A stretch of 63,581 nt of DNA, filler included, from Collodictyon triciliatum (lineage: Eukaryota), in the NCBI GenBank assembly GCA_043381765.1. It is 4 parts of 4 records of this genome, joined end to end, with 100 filler letters (N's around TTAATTAATTAA, not from the genome) between each part and the next. Parts side by side here need not be neighbours in the genome. Positions count along the whole stretch, not along the records: positions 29,936 to 59,335 come from JBHJMP010000957.1; 3 more parts are not named here. One strand, written 5' to 3'. The translations under genes and the position numbers were made by a program. Positions 38,851 through 52,638 of this stretch are shown here, piece by piece. The first letter of the stretch is position 1; the number at the start of each line of letters is the position of its first letter. Below the pieces are notes generated by a model. That model searched no databases and was not told the origin of the DNA. It worked only from the letters and a program-made list of their open reading frames with translations.

Positions 38851-40708
38851 AGACGCGTAGAACCTATTCATCAGTGAGATTAGCAGAGAAACAATACCTC
38901 ACCCATATACATCATTTTTTATGATGTTAGAGCTCATCCTGTGATTCTGTCTTTTAGTTATTCTCAATTTGACTCTATTGAAAATCATCAATCCTTAAAA
39001 GGTTGTCAATCATCTAACCAGTAACCAATACATAAAAAAAACCACTAATAATTCACTTTGGAATAGCCAAGCGAAATCATTTTTTCAATAAAAATATATC
39101 TTGGTTTTCTATGGAGAGAGGGACTAAAATTGGTACACAAAACATTTTTTTGTCAAGTTACTTTAACTGCAAACAATTTTCACAAAGTCAAACGCTACAT
39201 TCTTGCTATTATGTTACAAAGTCATCATGCTGAGTAACAAATAATTCATTTTTCGAACCGAAATAGTCGAATTCATACTATACACCCAAACGCAAATATT
39301 TACATGCATGCCATCAAGATGATGTGCAAATATCCCAATCAAATATATTTTCTCGTCACCAAATCAGCAAATAAAGGGATGCAAGGCGAGACAGTGATTA
39401 AATTGATGAATAAATATATAAGTACGGTATATTATATTATGTATTATAATTGTGTTGATGTATCTTTTTTTGTGGCACAAATCTAATTTTTTAACAGAAT
39501 TGAGGTAAATTCCACTTTAGTGCTTCCATCGGATTTAACTCGATCGCTATTCCTTCCCAAGAAACCCATTCAGGTTGATTAGCAATCGATTATTTGCTTG
39601 GTTAAAAAAAGTGATTGAAATTGGAATCGGAATTATATAAATTTACTCTTTTCTGTACATATAACGATTCATTTTTTATTTTGATGTGTTCAGATCACGA
39701 GATTAGATTCAATCTTTTTGACCAGACCAGCATCAAGCAAACCAAATCAAACTTGGTCAAGAATCAAACATGGATATACAATAATGATCAATCAATGTAT
39801 AATGATCAGTTTCTTAGTTTATTTTTTTTTTTTTCAACAATCGATTAAGGTGGTGAGGGTTTTAATTCATTTTTCTACGCAACAAAAATGACAAGCTGAC
39901 GAAGATGCAGTTGTCATATAAATCGAGCTTCTTTGATTATTCTCATATTTTGTTCGATTCAAAGTGTAGCGAGGTAATCGACCTTTGACTATTCTCATAT
40001 TTTGAGGGCTCTGTGAACCACCATATAATAATTCAGTAATAGCGGAATGATCGAAAAACTTCATTTTAAAGCATCCTTCATTGATTATCATCACAGGCTT
40101 CAAGAATGAAGCAAAAGATCCGAAATAGGCTCATTTATATTTTGTTTATTTTATTCATTTATGCCTGGGATATTGTTTTTGTTCTCTAAATATAGGCAAG
40201 GGTAACAAAAAAGTATTCTTTTTATTGCAAATATAAGTCTGCCAAAAGCATGGTATCCAATGGCAGTTTGAATATTTTTCATGACCTTAGCAAGCCCATT
40301 CTTCCTAAAAAAACGAAAACGAAAGGATTTTATTTAGTTTTGATCGCCGAAGTAAAAATTTTATATCAGAGCTAGATATAAACTCTCTAATTAGCTGAAT
40401 AACATCACTATCTACAACACCTTGCAAGTTGCATACAATTAACGCTAAATAGGAACAGTTTGATTTATAAATTTTTCATTAAATAAGGACAAGTATAGTC
40501 AAAAAAATTTAATAACATTTTGCTTTTAAAGTGAAAATCAGGCAAAGGCGCTGCTTCAGGACCGCAATATATTCAAGGGTACAGACGCGCATGAGGAGTT
40601 TAACTAATTGAAATATTATATATTTTCGTTTCAAGGAACTTTTCTAACTGAAGGACCTTAGTAAAAACACCAGTGATAAACTGACATTACTATAGACGCA
40701 TTTATCTA

Positions 40709-41752
40709 ATGGAAAAAGGAGCCAGTCGTCATTTTCTCATCAGTGATGGTAAACAACACAGATTGCATTTCTTTTTTCTCAAAGGAACACGATTACATTA
40801 TTCAAATTTCCGTCACTTACAAATAGGGGTTGTCAAAGCTATTGCCTTAGAGGAGAGCGAAAGTGATTCTGCCCACTCCATACGCGAAGAATCCTTCTCC
40901 CCAAGCATATTTCTGGCGGATGACCCAAGTGCTTTTGCCGAGGACAGTCCAGCAGAAATGAAAGGAAGCGGTGCTTTAGAAAATGTGTCTGCGCCTTCTG
41001 AATCTTTCGCCAACGAAGTGGCCAAAGAGACACATAGTGCGATTTTTTCATCTGAACTTTCCCCACAGCAACGAGGACTCCAAAGTGAAGAGATTGGTAA
41101 CTCGAACACTGTCAAGAAGAGAAAAAGAGGAAGACCACCGAAGGCAAGTCGATTTGTGAATCACCACTCATCTCCGGATCTGATTAATTCGCCAGATGGG
41201 ATGATAGTTGGTAAGGAGCCAAGAGATGGCCGATCGAACGCCATTTATGATTCACAAGGACTGCTTCAAGACCAACGACCCGGTTTCTCTTCGCACAGCC
41301 CGTCCGATGGGGAGGTTCGCTATGAACTCAAGGAACACCAGCGGGATGAAATCGGGGGTATATACGATTTTCATATTGGCACACCTTTTACGGTCAGCAC
41401 ACCCGACCAGCTCCCTCTCATAATCCCAGATTCTTCTCTTTTCACAAGCATGGACAGCATCGGCGGCTCTTTTACGCGCGTGAAGGTGGCTCCTTTCAGA
41501 AATAAGCCTGAATACGAAACTCAAAACACCATGGCGAAGAAGCCGTTCATCACGTTCTACGCAAGCGTTCGCCACGAGATACAGGCCCAGAAACCTGACC
41601 TACGCCATAAGCAGGTGGTTTTGATGGTGAAGGATATGTGGGCGGCAATGAGTGAGGATGAGAAAAGATTTTACTACAACGCAAAGGACCCCCGGGAAAG
41701 GGTTCAGTTTATGGACATTACTGGGATTGTGTCTAGCAGACACAAGAAATAG
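40709..41752 (+). CDS. AT-hook plus HMG-box chromatin protein (true start probably on upstream exons)
   Basis: AT-hook KRKRGRPPK; HMG box KPFITFYASVRHEIQAQKPDLRHKQVVLMVKDMWAAMSEDEKRFY. A plausible upstream exon at 40542-40578 splices in phase to an acceptor near 40826. Confidence 0.8.
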   Translation: MEKGASRHFLISDGKQHRLHFFFLKGTRLHYSNFRHLQIGVVKAIALEESESDSAHSIREESFSPSIFLADDPSAFAEDSPAEMKGSGALENVSAPSESFANEVAKETHSAIFSSELSPQQRGLQSEEIGNSNTVKKRKRGRPPKASRFVNHHSSPDLINSPDGMIVGKEPRDGRSNAIYDSQGLLQDQRPGFSSHSPSDGEVRYELKEHQRDEIGGIYDFHIGTPFTVSTPDQLPLIIPDSSLFTSMDSIGGSFTRVKVAPFRNKPEYETQNTMAKKPFITFYASVRHEIQAQKPDLRHKQVVLMVKDMWAAMSEDEKRFYYNAKDPRERVQFMDITGIVSSRHKK

Positions 41753-42490
41753 AGCAAGAGGTGGGCAGCACTCGGACGATATTGGCTTCTTTCTTTCTTT
41801 CTTTCTTCCTTTCTTTTTCTTTCCTTTTAAAACAAAGAGAAAATGACTCCGGCTCAAAAGTTGATTTTCTGGACCTTAAAATGGTTCTTTTGTGTTTTCA
41901 CAAGTCGATTTACAGTTGTCTCTCATATTCCCTACTTTCTTTTGACAAGCCATGAATCATCAGCCTTTATATTTCCCTTTCCATAAAGAATACCAAATGA
42001 AAAAAAAAAAAGTAATAGAATAAAACTGATATTACTCTTCTTATATCTTTATCTGTGAATCCGATGAACCTTGAGGACCCTGCGGTCTGGAATGAATTAA
42101 ACATGTTTTCTTTGGCGGTGTTATCTCAAACATCACAGAGTAGTGGCGTATATAATAGGGTGTATGTTCACAAATACCTGTTTTAACTGATTGCATTTTA
42201 GTTCTTCAGTGCAGTCGGGCGGTAAACATAATATCACAAAAATACTCAAAGTATGGTTTCTCTCTCTCTCTTGGTAGTGGATTATACTTGAAATTAGAAG
42301 AGAAAAGTATACAGAAAAAGGCTGATTTCTTTTTTGGAATTACATATATTATCTTTTTCTTGTCCTTGGAGGTAAAAGCTGAAGTTGGGTTGTTTATGAA
42401 CACATAACAAGAAAGCGAGCAAGTAAGTCTTCACTCTCTTTTTAATCCATTCTAGAAGAAAAAAAATAATCCTTGAGTTTGCTCAGCCGT

Positions 42491-45400
42491 TCATGTCCCT
42501 GTCTCGGCGGTTTCATTTTCTTGTTGGCTGCTTTCGTTTGAGTTGGCGTTGAAATGAGAGAGACGTCTGGTCAGCTGTGGAAAGAGCCCGGAGAAGAATC
42601 CTGACTTGGGACGGACTCTCTCTTTCTCAGCAGGGGATGTGCTTTGGGATTTGTTTTGTGTGTCATTCGGGCAAGGCGGATGGTTTGGAGAGATGCGTTC
42701 GAAGGGGGTAATTCCTGATGCCGAATCTTGTGACGGACTTTCGGGTGAAAGGAAAGGGTTGTCGGCGCTGCAAGATGGACTCGAGGCAGAGGTTGAAGGA
42801 AGCGCATGTGCATACTCTTCAATAGAATGGCTTCTGCTTATATTGGTTGGCGTCACAGGAAGAAGAGTTTGCTCGTCGTCAAGTTCGGTGATGGACTGTG
42901 CTGTTCCGTGGCAAGTGAATAGGCAGATAAATAAAATAAATTGAAGCTCACATAGCCAAAATAATATTGATAATAATAATAATAAGTATGAAATAAATTG
43001 AGAAGTAAAAGAAAGAGGAGGGGGAGAGGGAAAGGAAAAACATAATACAAGATGTGTGTGAACTCTAGCGATAGAACTTTGTCAAGATTCATATAAGTTT
43101 ATGGATCGTTTCATTTATAGTAGGCTTTTTTTATATTGATGTTTTTTGAAATTAAACATACTTTCAGACATGTCTCCCTCGCTTAAGTTTGAAAGCAGTG
43201 ACTGCGTAGACTCATCGATTATCCCCTGGTTACATTCAATTTAGATACAGTATTGAATATAAATAATATGGACACCACATATCTTCGGATACTACTCACC
43301 GATAAAACAACATCTGCATTTCGTATCAGAAAAGTTACTAACTCATAACATCCTCCCGAGTTTGGAAACAAAAGAGCCTATACAATATAAGAGACACATT
43401 TTCAGAAAACCAAGGTGAAATGTATAGCAGAAATAATATATATCTTACCTTTTTTCTTAAAAGTGATAGGAACAATTGTTGGTTTTATTTTCACCTGAGC
43501 TTCTTGGTGGGATCGGAATAATACTGGAGTAAATATTATAGACAGTGTTTGTGCTGCAAGGTGTTTAACGTTAAAAATATTATTGAAGAAAGGAATGCTA
43601 AAATGGCATCGACAATGGACAAATGGTTCTGTGTAGTTACATTTAGTTAACAAGAACAAATAAGGAATGAGTAAAAAAAAACCTGATAATTTAGTATACG
43701 ATTCATTATTTTGGCAAATAAAATGCAACAGCTTCAATATTTTATCCAACACTTTTCTATTGCTCTTGGGAAGTAGCTTGAATATTTTTGACAACTCATC
43801 CATCCTTTGGTCCTCGTTGACTATGTCTTAATTATGTTTGTATGGATAAATATTCAAATGAAGAGTAATATTCATGAGCCTGTTTCTTTTTTCGTCGAAT
43901 GATTACAATGAAAAAAAAAAAGTCCTGTACCTGCACATTTTGAAAAAGTGTCGTGAAGTTCATACGTCATTATTGGATTTGGTAGTTCTCGAAGGTACAT
44001 TTTCAAAACACCTGCGACATCATGACAGTCATTCTCTTCTCCAAGCGTGAACGAACCATCTTTCCAATATGAAAAATAACTTAGGAAATACAATCATTTA
44101 TAAAACATTTGTTTGGAACTAAAGAAGTGTCCCGGAAAGTAAAAATAATGTTTTTTTTATATGAAATGCCAGTAAAGGAGTGAAACACAAAGTTTGTACC
44201 TTTGTCGTCTTCAAAGGCAACTTTCAATTTTTCAATTTCTCTCAAATTCCCAGACAACCTAAAAATTCCCTCCGCTTCACTTCCTAATTCGAAAAAAAAA
44301 AAAGAAGGGGGAAGAGAAATAGATAAGGCAGATGTTCAAGAAAATAGAGCACGGACTAAAGCAATAACAAATCGAAAATGAAATGTAAATATACAGACCA
44401 TAGGTTGCGATGTGATCAACACATTTTTCAACAAGGATGGGGATAGGATGGCCAAGGTTTCGATCAGCATTGATTACTTCATTCAAAGATGCTCCAAATA
44501 GCCGGGTAATTCGGTTTTCAGTAATCGATGTTTCCATTATCGGGGCTCGAAGAACCGTCGGTTGTTTTGGAGTGTTAGTCACAGGCTATTATCGGAGATG
44601 GACCAACGTGAATATCATCCTCGATATGTTCTGCGTGCCCCTTGCGAAGGCGTAAACGTATCATATGTATATATTATCACCTTGCTTGCTTCCATAGACA
44701 GTCGATTCAATTCAGTTTCAAGGCCTCGGAAAAGTGCCTGTCCACTCTCAAAGTACTCCTTATGCTTACGCACAATTTTATTTAAATGCTCACACAGGGA
44801 CATCTGTTAATTACGGATAGATATGAGCATTTTTTTATACCATATGCATGTTTATTAGATATTTGTGCTATAATGGCGGGTCTCAATACAAGCCATCAAT
44901 GAAAAGGGGCTACTAGAAAATACTAGAAGGACAATTTACTTCAAATCTGCCCGTGGCATAACCAATTTGTTCCACAGAATCAAATTCATCAAATTCTGGA
45001 TTCAATGCTGACTTCTGTTCAACATTTTTTGACTTGAGTTTTTTTTTTTTTTGGCAAAATAGGAAGATAGATGTAAACATAAAAAGTATGAAATCATTCA
45101 AGCAATCGGAATATTCAAGGAGTACGCTATATCTTACCAAGTCATCGCTCAAAGAAGATAGAGCACACTGCAGGACAGGAACTTCGATAGAGTTAATGGT
45201 ATCAATCTAAAAAAAAAAAAGCATTCAAAGAATCTGTATAAAATACGTTATTCACCGCGATACGATGTACTGGACATGTGAATAGTTAAAATCCATGAGA
45301 TGACAGTTTATTACGAATGAGTGTTTGTAGCCGTCCAACATCTTAATTATTCCACCGTAACGACAGAGAACAACACCTGGACCGCCAGTACATATTTTTT

Positions 45401-46053
45401 TTTATTGAAAAAAGGGGTCAATTCAGATCAGAAAAAACAGAGGTAATGTAAATTGTAAAGCGGTTATTAACAATTCAAAGTGAGATGAAACCAAACAGAA
45501 CTTTACCTAGGGCAGTTCGCCTCTGGTACATTCCTATGTCTATCAAAGAATCTCCAAATGCATTTGTCTTTTCAATGTCAACTGAAAAAAAAAAAGAAAG
45601 AACAATGTGTACACACAGGTAGATTTCAATTCAATTGTTGAACAATCACGAATAGAACATAAAAATATATTTAGCATCAGCATCTGGCGAACCGAAATGA
45701 AAAGGAAGTGAATTATTCACCAGTCTCTCTTCCATAGTAGTCGCTCGCGTGGGTCACCAGCTTCGAATGCCACAGGCCGATATTACGAACGGCCTTTTAT
45801 ATCGATATAAAGTCCATAAATCCAGGGATATTATGCGCAGCCAAGAAGAAAGGAATACCTGAGTGACTCGTTTTGCAGGATCATCCGAGGCAACTCCGGC
45901 TTCATTCTGAACCACGCGACTCCAGTGGTCTTTCCAGTGCTCTCCGGGTCGCATCGGCTCGAGTGACGGCCCCGTCACTTTCCGTGGAGTCAGCTCGTTG
46001 GCGGCAGTGTGGCCACGTCTTTCTTCCAGGATGCTGGTCTTTGGCAGCGACAT
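42491..46053 (-). CDS. BAR-like coiled-coil plus RhoGAP protein with a Ser/Pro-rich tail; more than 12 exons
   Basis: RhoGAP motifs LFGASL...IPILVEKCVDHI, EGIFRLSG, HDVAGVLKMYLRELPNPIMT and LLPKSNRKVL. Upstream helical exons (AFGDSLIDIG; HKEYFESGQALFRGLETEL) resemble a BAR domain. Confidence 0.85.
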
Positions 46054-46711
46054 TCTAGCGGGATATAGTTATAGATGTAGATATGGATGTAGAAAAAAAG
46101 AAAAAGAAAAAGAGAAAAACGAGAAAAAGAGAAAAAAAGAGAAAAAAAGAGAAAAAAAAGAGAAAAAAGAGAAAAAGAGAAAAAAAGAGAAAAAAAGAGA
46201 AAATATAGAAAAAGAGAAAAAAGAGAAAAAGAGAAAAAAAGAGAAAAAAAGATAAAAGAAAAAAGAAAAAAGAAAAAAAAGAGAAAGAAAAATGAGAAAG
46301 AAAAAAGATTAAAAATGCCTCGGTGCCAGAAACCATAGCAAAACAAGACCTTCACAGCAGAAGCCGGAAGTGTTTCGCACAACGCCGCAAGAAGCCGCAA
46401 ACAGCAGCCCGAAAAACAAATGCTGAAGGAACGAATGAAACGGACGTTGCGGAAAAGTCTCCAGACGGGCCAGACGAGAAAATTGCGTAGCAAGAAAATA
46501 TTCGATGTGTGGACATATGTGGAATGAACTCACCCTCTGCCAATCGCACCGCCAAACACAAACACAAACACAAACACAAACGCAGACACAAACGCAGACA
46601 CAAACGCAAACAAAATAAAAATAAAAATAAAAAAAAAAGCATAAAATATGATTCAATATGTACTCTCCAATCGTTTATTTCTTGCGAGTCGGGCAGCCTC
46701 CTACGGCGTCC

Positions 46712-48815
46712 TCAGTTTGCCTCCAAACGCGTCTCTTCAAGGGTGGCTTCCAAGCCTTTGAGCTCGATGGAGTTCATGATGGCGTCCAGATTGGCTTCGT
46801 TCAGGTCGGCAAAGGCCTCGTCGAGGATTGCGTCCCACTCGTGGTCGAGGTCTTCGATGCGGCGGTCCTTGAGGATAAACTCGTTGAGAAGAATGGTGGC
46901 CATTTGCCGCAGACACGTGGTCCAGAGGATGCCCATGGCCGTCGTCTCGAGCCGGATGGACTTTTTCCTGTGCGGCAGACGATGGTGATGGGTATGAAAT
47001 AAATAGATGAATGGCAATCAACGAGATATAAGATGAATCAAAAGAAAAGCTTCTTTTGTCTGGGGAGGGAAAGCAAAGCGATAGAGGAGAAAGGAGGGAA
47101 TCCATCATCTAGTGTGTTACAAAGAAAGAAAGGAAAGAAAAGAAAAGGAAGGAAAGTGGAAAAGGTTTGTTTTCCATGTCTTGTTCAAGAGTTTGGACTC
47201 GCTCATGAGAATGGTAATATCGCGAGCCAGGGATTGAAAAATGAATTACGATAAAATAATAATAATAATAATAAAAAGGAAAGGAAACAATACTGATTGA
47301 CATGTTTAGAGGCATTTTTGGGTTGTACGAACGAAAAGAGAGCGCTTTGAGGTTATTGGTTGATGAAAAGGAAAGTAAAACTTGTTCGCATCATCGAGAG
47401 AGCTGGGTATGATTTACTTTGTCAGGAACAAGAAGAGCTTGTCGCGCAAGGGCATCGTCCCTACAATTTCCTCGGCAACCATGCGGCAGTAGAGTGGGCC
47501 GTGTTGGCGGAAATCCCACAGTATCGCAAGTCGAGTCAGCATCTTGGTAAGGTTCTTTCGGAGGGTTGAGAACAGACGAATTTTTTCGGCCTCCTCGTAA
47601 TGCTCACGTATGATGGACTGTGATAAATGATGCATACAGAGTAAATCATAAAATATACCAATCATAAAACCAATCATAAAATAAAACTAAGAAATAAAAC
47701 TAAGAAATAAAACTAAGAAATAAAACTAAGAAATAAAACTAAGAAATAAAACTAAGAAATAAAACTAAGAAATAAAACCAAGAAATAAAACCAAAAAATA
47801 AAACCAAAAAATAAAACCAAAAAATAAAACCAAAAAATAAAACCAAGAATTGAAACCAAGAAATAGATAAATAAGTTAACATACAAACGCACGGTCCTCC
47901 TTTAATCCAAAGGAGAATGTTTGTGCGGCAATGAAAGCATCTCTGGCAAATTCTGGGAGAGCATCCAAAGTTTTTCTAATAACCTGGTCAAGTCCATTCT
48001 TTTGCACCAGCGAAGTCTGTAAAATCATACATGAGTTTGATTAGTGTTCGTAATTCAAGTAATAGTATTTTTTTTATGATTATTTACTTATTTATAAAAG
48101 GGATAATGCTCGTGAAAATATGACAACAATTACCGTTGCTCCGCATGATTCACAAATGCATATCTTTTTGGCTGTTTTGATGATGATATTGTCGGATTTG
48201 CATTTGGGGCATTCTTCGAATTCTCGGAGTATCTCAGTCTGTTTGCTAGAGTCCCGTAGTCATAATGCGTTAGGTGAATTTCAAAATTAAAAATGAGTGC
48301 AAAAATGAGGAGGTCGTTACTATTAATATGGAAAAGTAACTCAAAGACATGTAAGAGTTATTTTCAATTCTTATTTACTATTTTTTTTTTTTTTTACAAA
48401 AGAAATGAACCATGAAAGCCCGATTATTTAGTGGCTTATTATTTCGTCTTAGTTATGACATAGAATATATACTTATCAGCCACAGTCTCAAAGATTCCCA
48501 GACAATTTGTAAGGTTCATGCTTTCTACAAGAGAGTACAACTTCCGTCTTGATTCTTCAGGACACAAGTCCGCCTTGTTCATGATAAAGATGATCGGAAT
48601 ATCTAGAGTTTTGGGGTCATCGATGAGATAAAAAGAAATACTGCATCATTCTTTTAAAACTTTGTGTGCTTTAATCTTTGTACAACACATGATATTTCTA
48701 TTGAAATGACGTATAAAGAACCTTTCAGAATGTCCTGACACAGCTGCATCTCGAATGGCTGAAATCTGGCATTGGCCGAGTTGATGAGGTACCAAATAAC
48801 GTGGACTCTGTCCGC
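46712..48815 (-). CDS. P-loop GTPase of the bacterial COG3596/DUF697-associated type with an inserted C4 zinc ribbon; N-terminal G1-G3 exons not visible
   Basis: ADRVHVIWYLINSANARFQPFE, DIPIIFIMNKAD (G4), CPKCKSDNIIIKTAKKICICESCG, NGLDQVIRKTLDALPEFARDAFIAAQ, then a helical C-domain. Six in-phase exons. Confidence 0.7.
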
Positions 48816-48854
48816 CTACGACATTTATCATGTTTTTAATCTCTTCCTTTCAAT

Positions 48855-49520
<666 letters not shown>

Positions 49521-49685
49521 AGACAGAGAAACTGACGATTGCATAAATTTATATAGTCAATGATTATCTTCCAAAAAAATTCTTACTTTTCTGGTTTTTT
49601 ATTCACGACAGACTTAGCTATTGGCGCCCGTGCCAACAATCTTACTTTTCTGGTTACCAGGCTTACCTTCCATTTTACCATATAG

Positions 49686-49735
<50 letters not shown>

Positions 49736-50114
49736 CCCTCTTTTTTTCCCTTTTTTCATTTTTTTTTNNNNNNNNNNNNNNNNNNNNNNNNNNNNNNNNN
49801 NNNNNNNNNNNNNNNNNNNNNNNNNACTTATATCTTTTTATGAATCCATTTACATCTTGGTCTCTTTTTATCTCCTTGTTTACATATACTTTCATTTTTT
49901 TAAGATTTAATTCTCACGACCTAAAACAAGTCTTTTTTTGGTTATATTTGTTAAACCCTGTGGTGCTTCTGAACCTTTCAAGTGCATCACTTAATTCCCT
50001 CTGTTCTCATTAATTTTAAGTACTTTATTTTCTGAACTTTTGATCAACTATGATCACTGAACTGTCTCATAATCTCTAAAAAAAGCAATAATTTCTATTA
50101 AACAGCTGCTGTAA

Positions 50115-52638
50115 ATGGACCGCGAGACGAATGCAATGAGAATGAATTTTTTAAAGAGAAATCTGGAGGCTGTCCATGACAATCCTTTGGTCAAAATGAG
50201 CCATGATAGAGACGGTTTTGACTAATCATTACCATACAATAGCAATTTTTAAAGACCTCTAATTCAATCGATGGTGCCTCTTCTTATAAAAATGCCATTT
50301 AGATACCTCTCAAACCTCTGACGCATTCATAGGGCCGAGGTCTTTTCAATCAGGTAGGCTTATGTGTTGTTTGGAAGAAGATTTATACAAAAAACTACCT
50401 ACACCTGATTTCTTAAGTACGGGTGTTTTTAGTAAAACTTATTCGCAAATCACAAATTTTACTGATCCTTTCTTTAAAGATCACATCGACGGAGAAGACA
50501 AACAAGATATCGATAATTACACAGTATCAGGCAATACATTTTTGTCACCAACAGAAATAGTTCAATTTTGTAATGAAATCGGCCAAAGGAGTGTGTCGAA
50601 GTTTGAAATTAGGAGCTGGGGAGAGCCTACAAACGCAGCAATCAATGAAGAGACTACCAATGACAGATTAACTGAATGTATAAATGGTAATATACAAAAT
50701 CATCAATATGAATCTTTCAGCGTCAATCCCAACTCACTGAAAAAAATAGAGACACAAAATTATAAAAGATCTCTATGGTCTAATTTTAATGAGTTATTTT
50801 CATATGGAAGTGACGGAAATACTCCAAATGCTCATGGTAATTCTATCTCAGAATATACAGGGAATGACATGAAATGCATCATTGATTTAGGTGACGATCT
50901 TATTCAAAATGAATCCTCTTATAGCAGAAAGTTTATTGAAATGCGCCCGGAGATATCCAATGGAAAAAAAATGGAAAGGTCGAGAAAAAAAATCACGAAA
51001 CAAATGGATATGTCTCGTGTACGCAAAAGAAATGATGTTATGTCTAATTCTAATGAGCCTAACTTACAATTAAAATCGATTCAAAATGAAATAGCTGTTT
51101 GTGACTTTGAAATAAGAATTGAACGATCTCCGTTATATAACGTCGTTATCCGAGGAAGAAATATTCACCCTCCGTTCCGCATCTCCATTAATATCCTTGC
51201 TAATCATCATGCGCAGCTCCGAGGTGAAACTCTATCATTTCATTGTTTAATAGCCTCATCAAAAAAACACACAGCTGTTGGAGTTGAATCGATTTCCAAT
51301 AGTCATTCTTATGAGCATTACCAAGAATCTCTTACTCAGAGGAGTGAACCAGATGCGGAAGTTACAATTGGAGAAGAATCTAGGATAGAGGTGGAATTTT
51401 CCAAGCTAAAAATTAGTGATCCTAGGCTCGGGAGTGATGTAGCAATCACATTTGTAGCTTCCCTGACGATCCAAGGGAATCCAAAGATCATATCATTCTC
51501 AAAACCGTTTCAATTATTTGTTTGTGCTCACTGTGAACACGAAGAGACCACAGCATTCAAATATCTATGGGATGGAATAGCTTCGACAAAACTAAAAGGT
51601 ACAGGGTCATTACCCTTATCTGACATCCTCTCCGACTTAAATAGAAAGTGGGATAACCATTTCGGTCGTTCCTTCAGTGAAATTAATTCGTTTTCTTATT
51701 TGTTCTATGCGAATCACACCCGCTTGGATTGTGTCGATAATAAATTCGACCAGAGTGGTATTATGTGCAACTCACAGGACAAGGATATTGCTGCTGACGT
51801 AGAAAACACCAGTCAATCACAAGCACACGTAGAACCAAATGATTTTTATCATGAGGACTCTACGGCGGAATCTTATGTTGATATTTTTTCATTAACAAAC
51901 ACAGATGGTACATCGAATTTTATCCACTGTGTCAGACAGGTTGATTATCTCCCAAATCAATCCGGATTATCACCAACAGCAAAACAAGGAACCCGAGAAA
52001 TTGCATCCAATCCCGACGAAGGCGGAGTGACCAAAGAAACATATCGAATCGAGAGATTACATACACATAAGGGCTACTCAACACAAACTATTTGGGATTG
52101 TTCACATAAAAGGTCACTGACATTGAATCCACCAGCATCACATATTGTACAGTTTGGAGCAGAAGTAACGTCGCTGTCACCAGTGAGAGGAGAACTCAAC
52201 CAAATTAGGTACCAATCTTTCCAGCGAGTTTGGGCAGTGATTTACGCAGCTGGGAGAGCTCTTGAGCGAGACCCTGGACTGGCTCATCTATGGAAAAATG
52301 GGTTCATCCATGCCTTTTGCTCTAGACAACGAGCCCACCGCAGCCTAGAATCTAATCCCTTGTATGTACCATTTACTTTTTCACTTCGTTTTTCGGAGCG
52401 CTTTCCTGGTTACTTGTATGTGGCTTTTCTCAATGGCAGAAAGGAAGCCAGATGCCGAAAGATTGAACTTTCGTCGATGAGGAAGCCAAAAGTTCTCGGG
52501 ATTATCAAAAAATGTCCGACTTTAATCTACATCTTGAGTACATCGGGAGAAGTGAAAGAGAAGACAATTGCTTTGGGGCTCCACAGTGTCTCTGTTGAAT
52601 ATGACTTTGAATTGGATTCATACAAGACGCTGGATTAA
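50115..52638 (+). CDS. STAT: STAT-like transcription factor (DNA-binding-like domain, interrupted linker, SH2, C-terminal Tyr); exons 50115-50214 and 50333-52638
   Basis: SH2 LAHLWKNGFIHAFCSRQRAHRSLE...FTFSLRFSERFPGYLYVAF matches the Dictyostelium STAT pattern (LWxxGxIxG..R..GTFxxRFSERxPG). DBD-like IRIERSPLYNVVIRGRNI...SKPFQLFV; terminal DSYKTLD. A phase-1 intron joins the upstream ATG at 50115. Confidence 0.82.

Noticed and set aside
39300..40300. Short ORFs upstream of the RhoGAP and HMG genes
   Set aside because: I could not chain them into a supported gene model; they may be further 5' RhoGAP exons.
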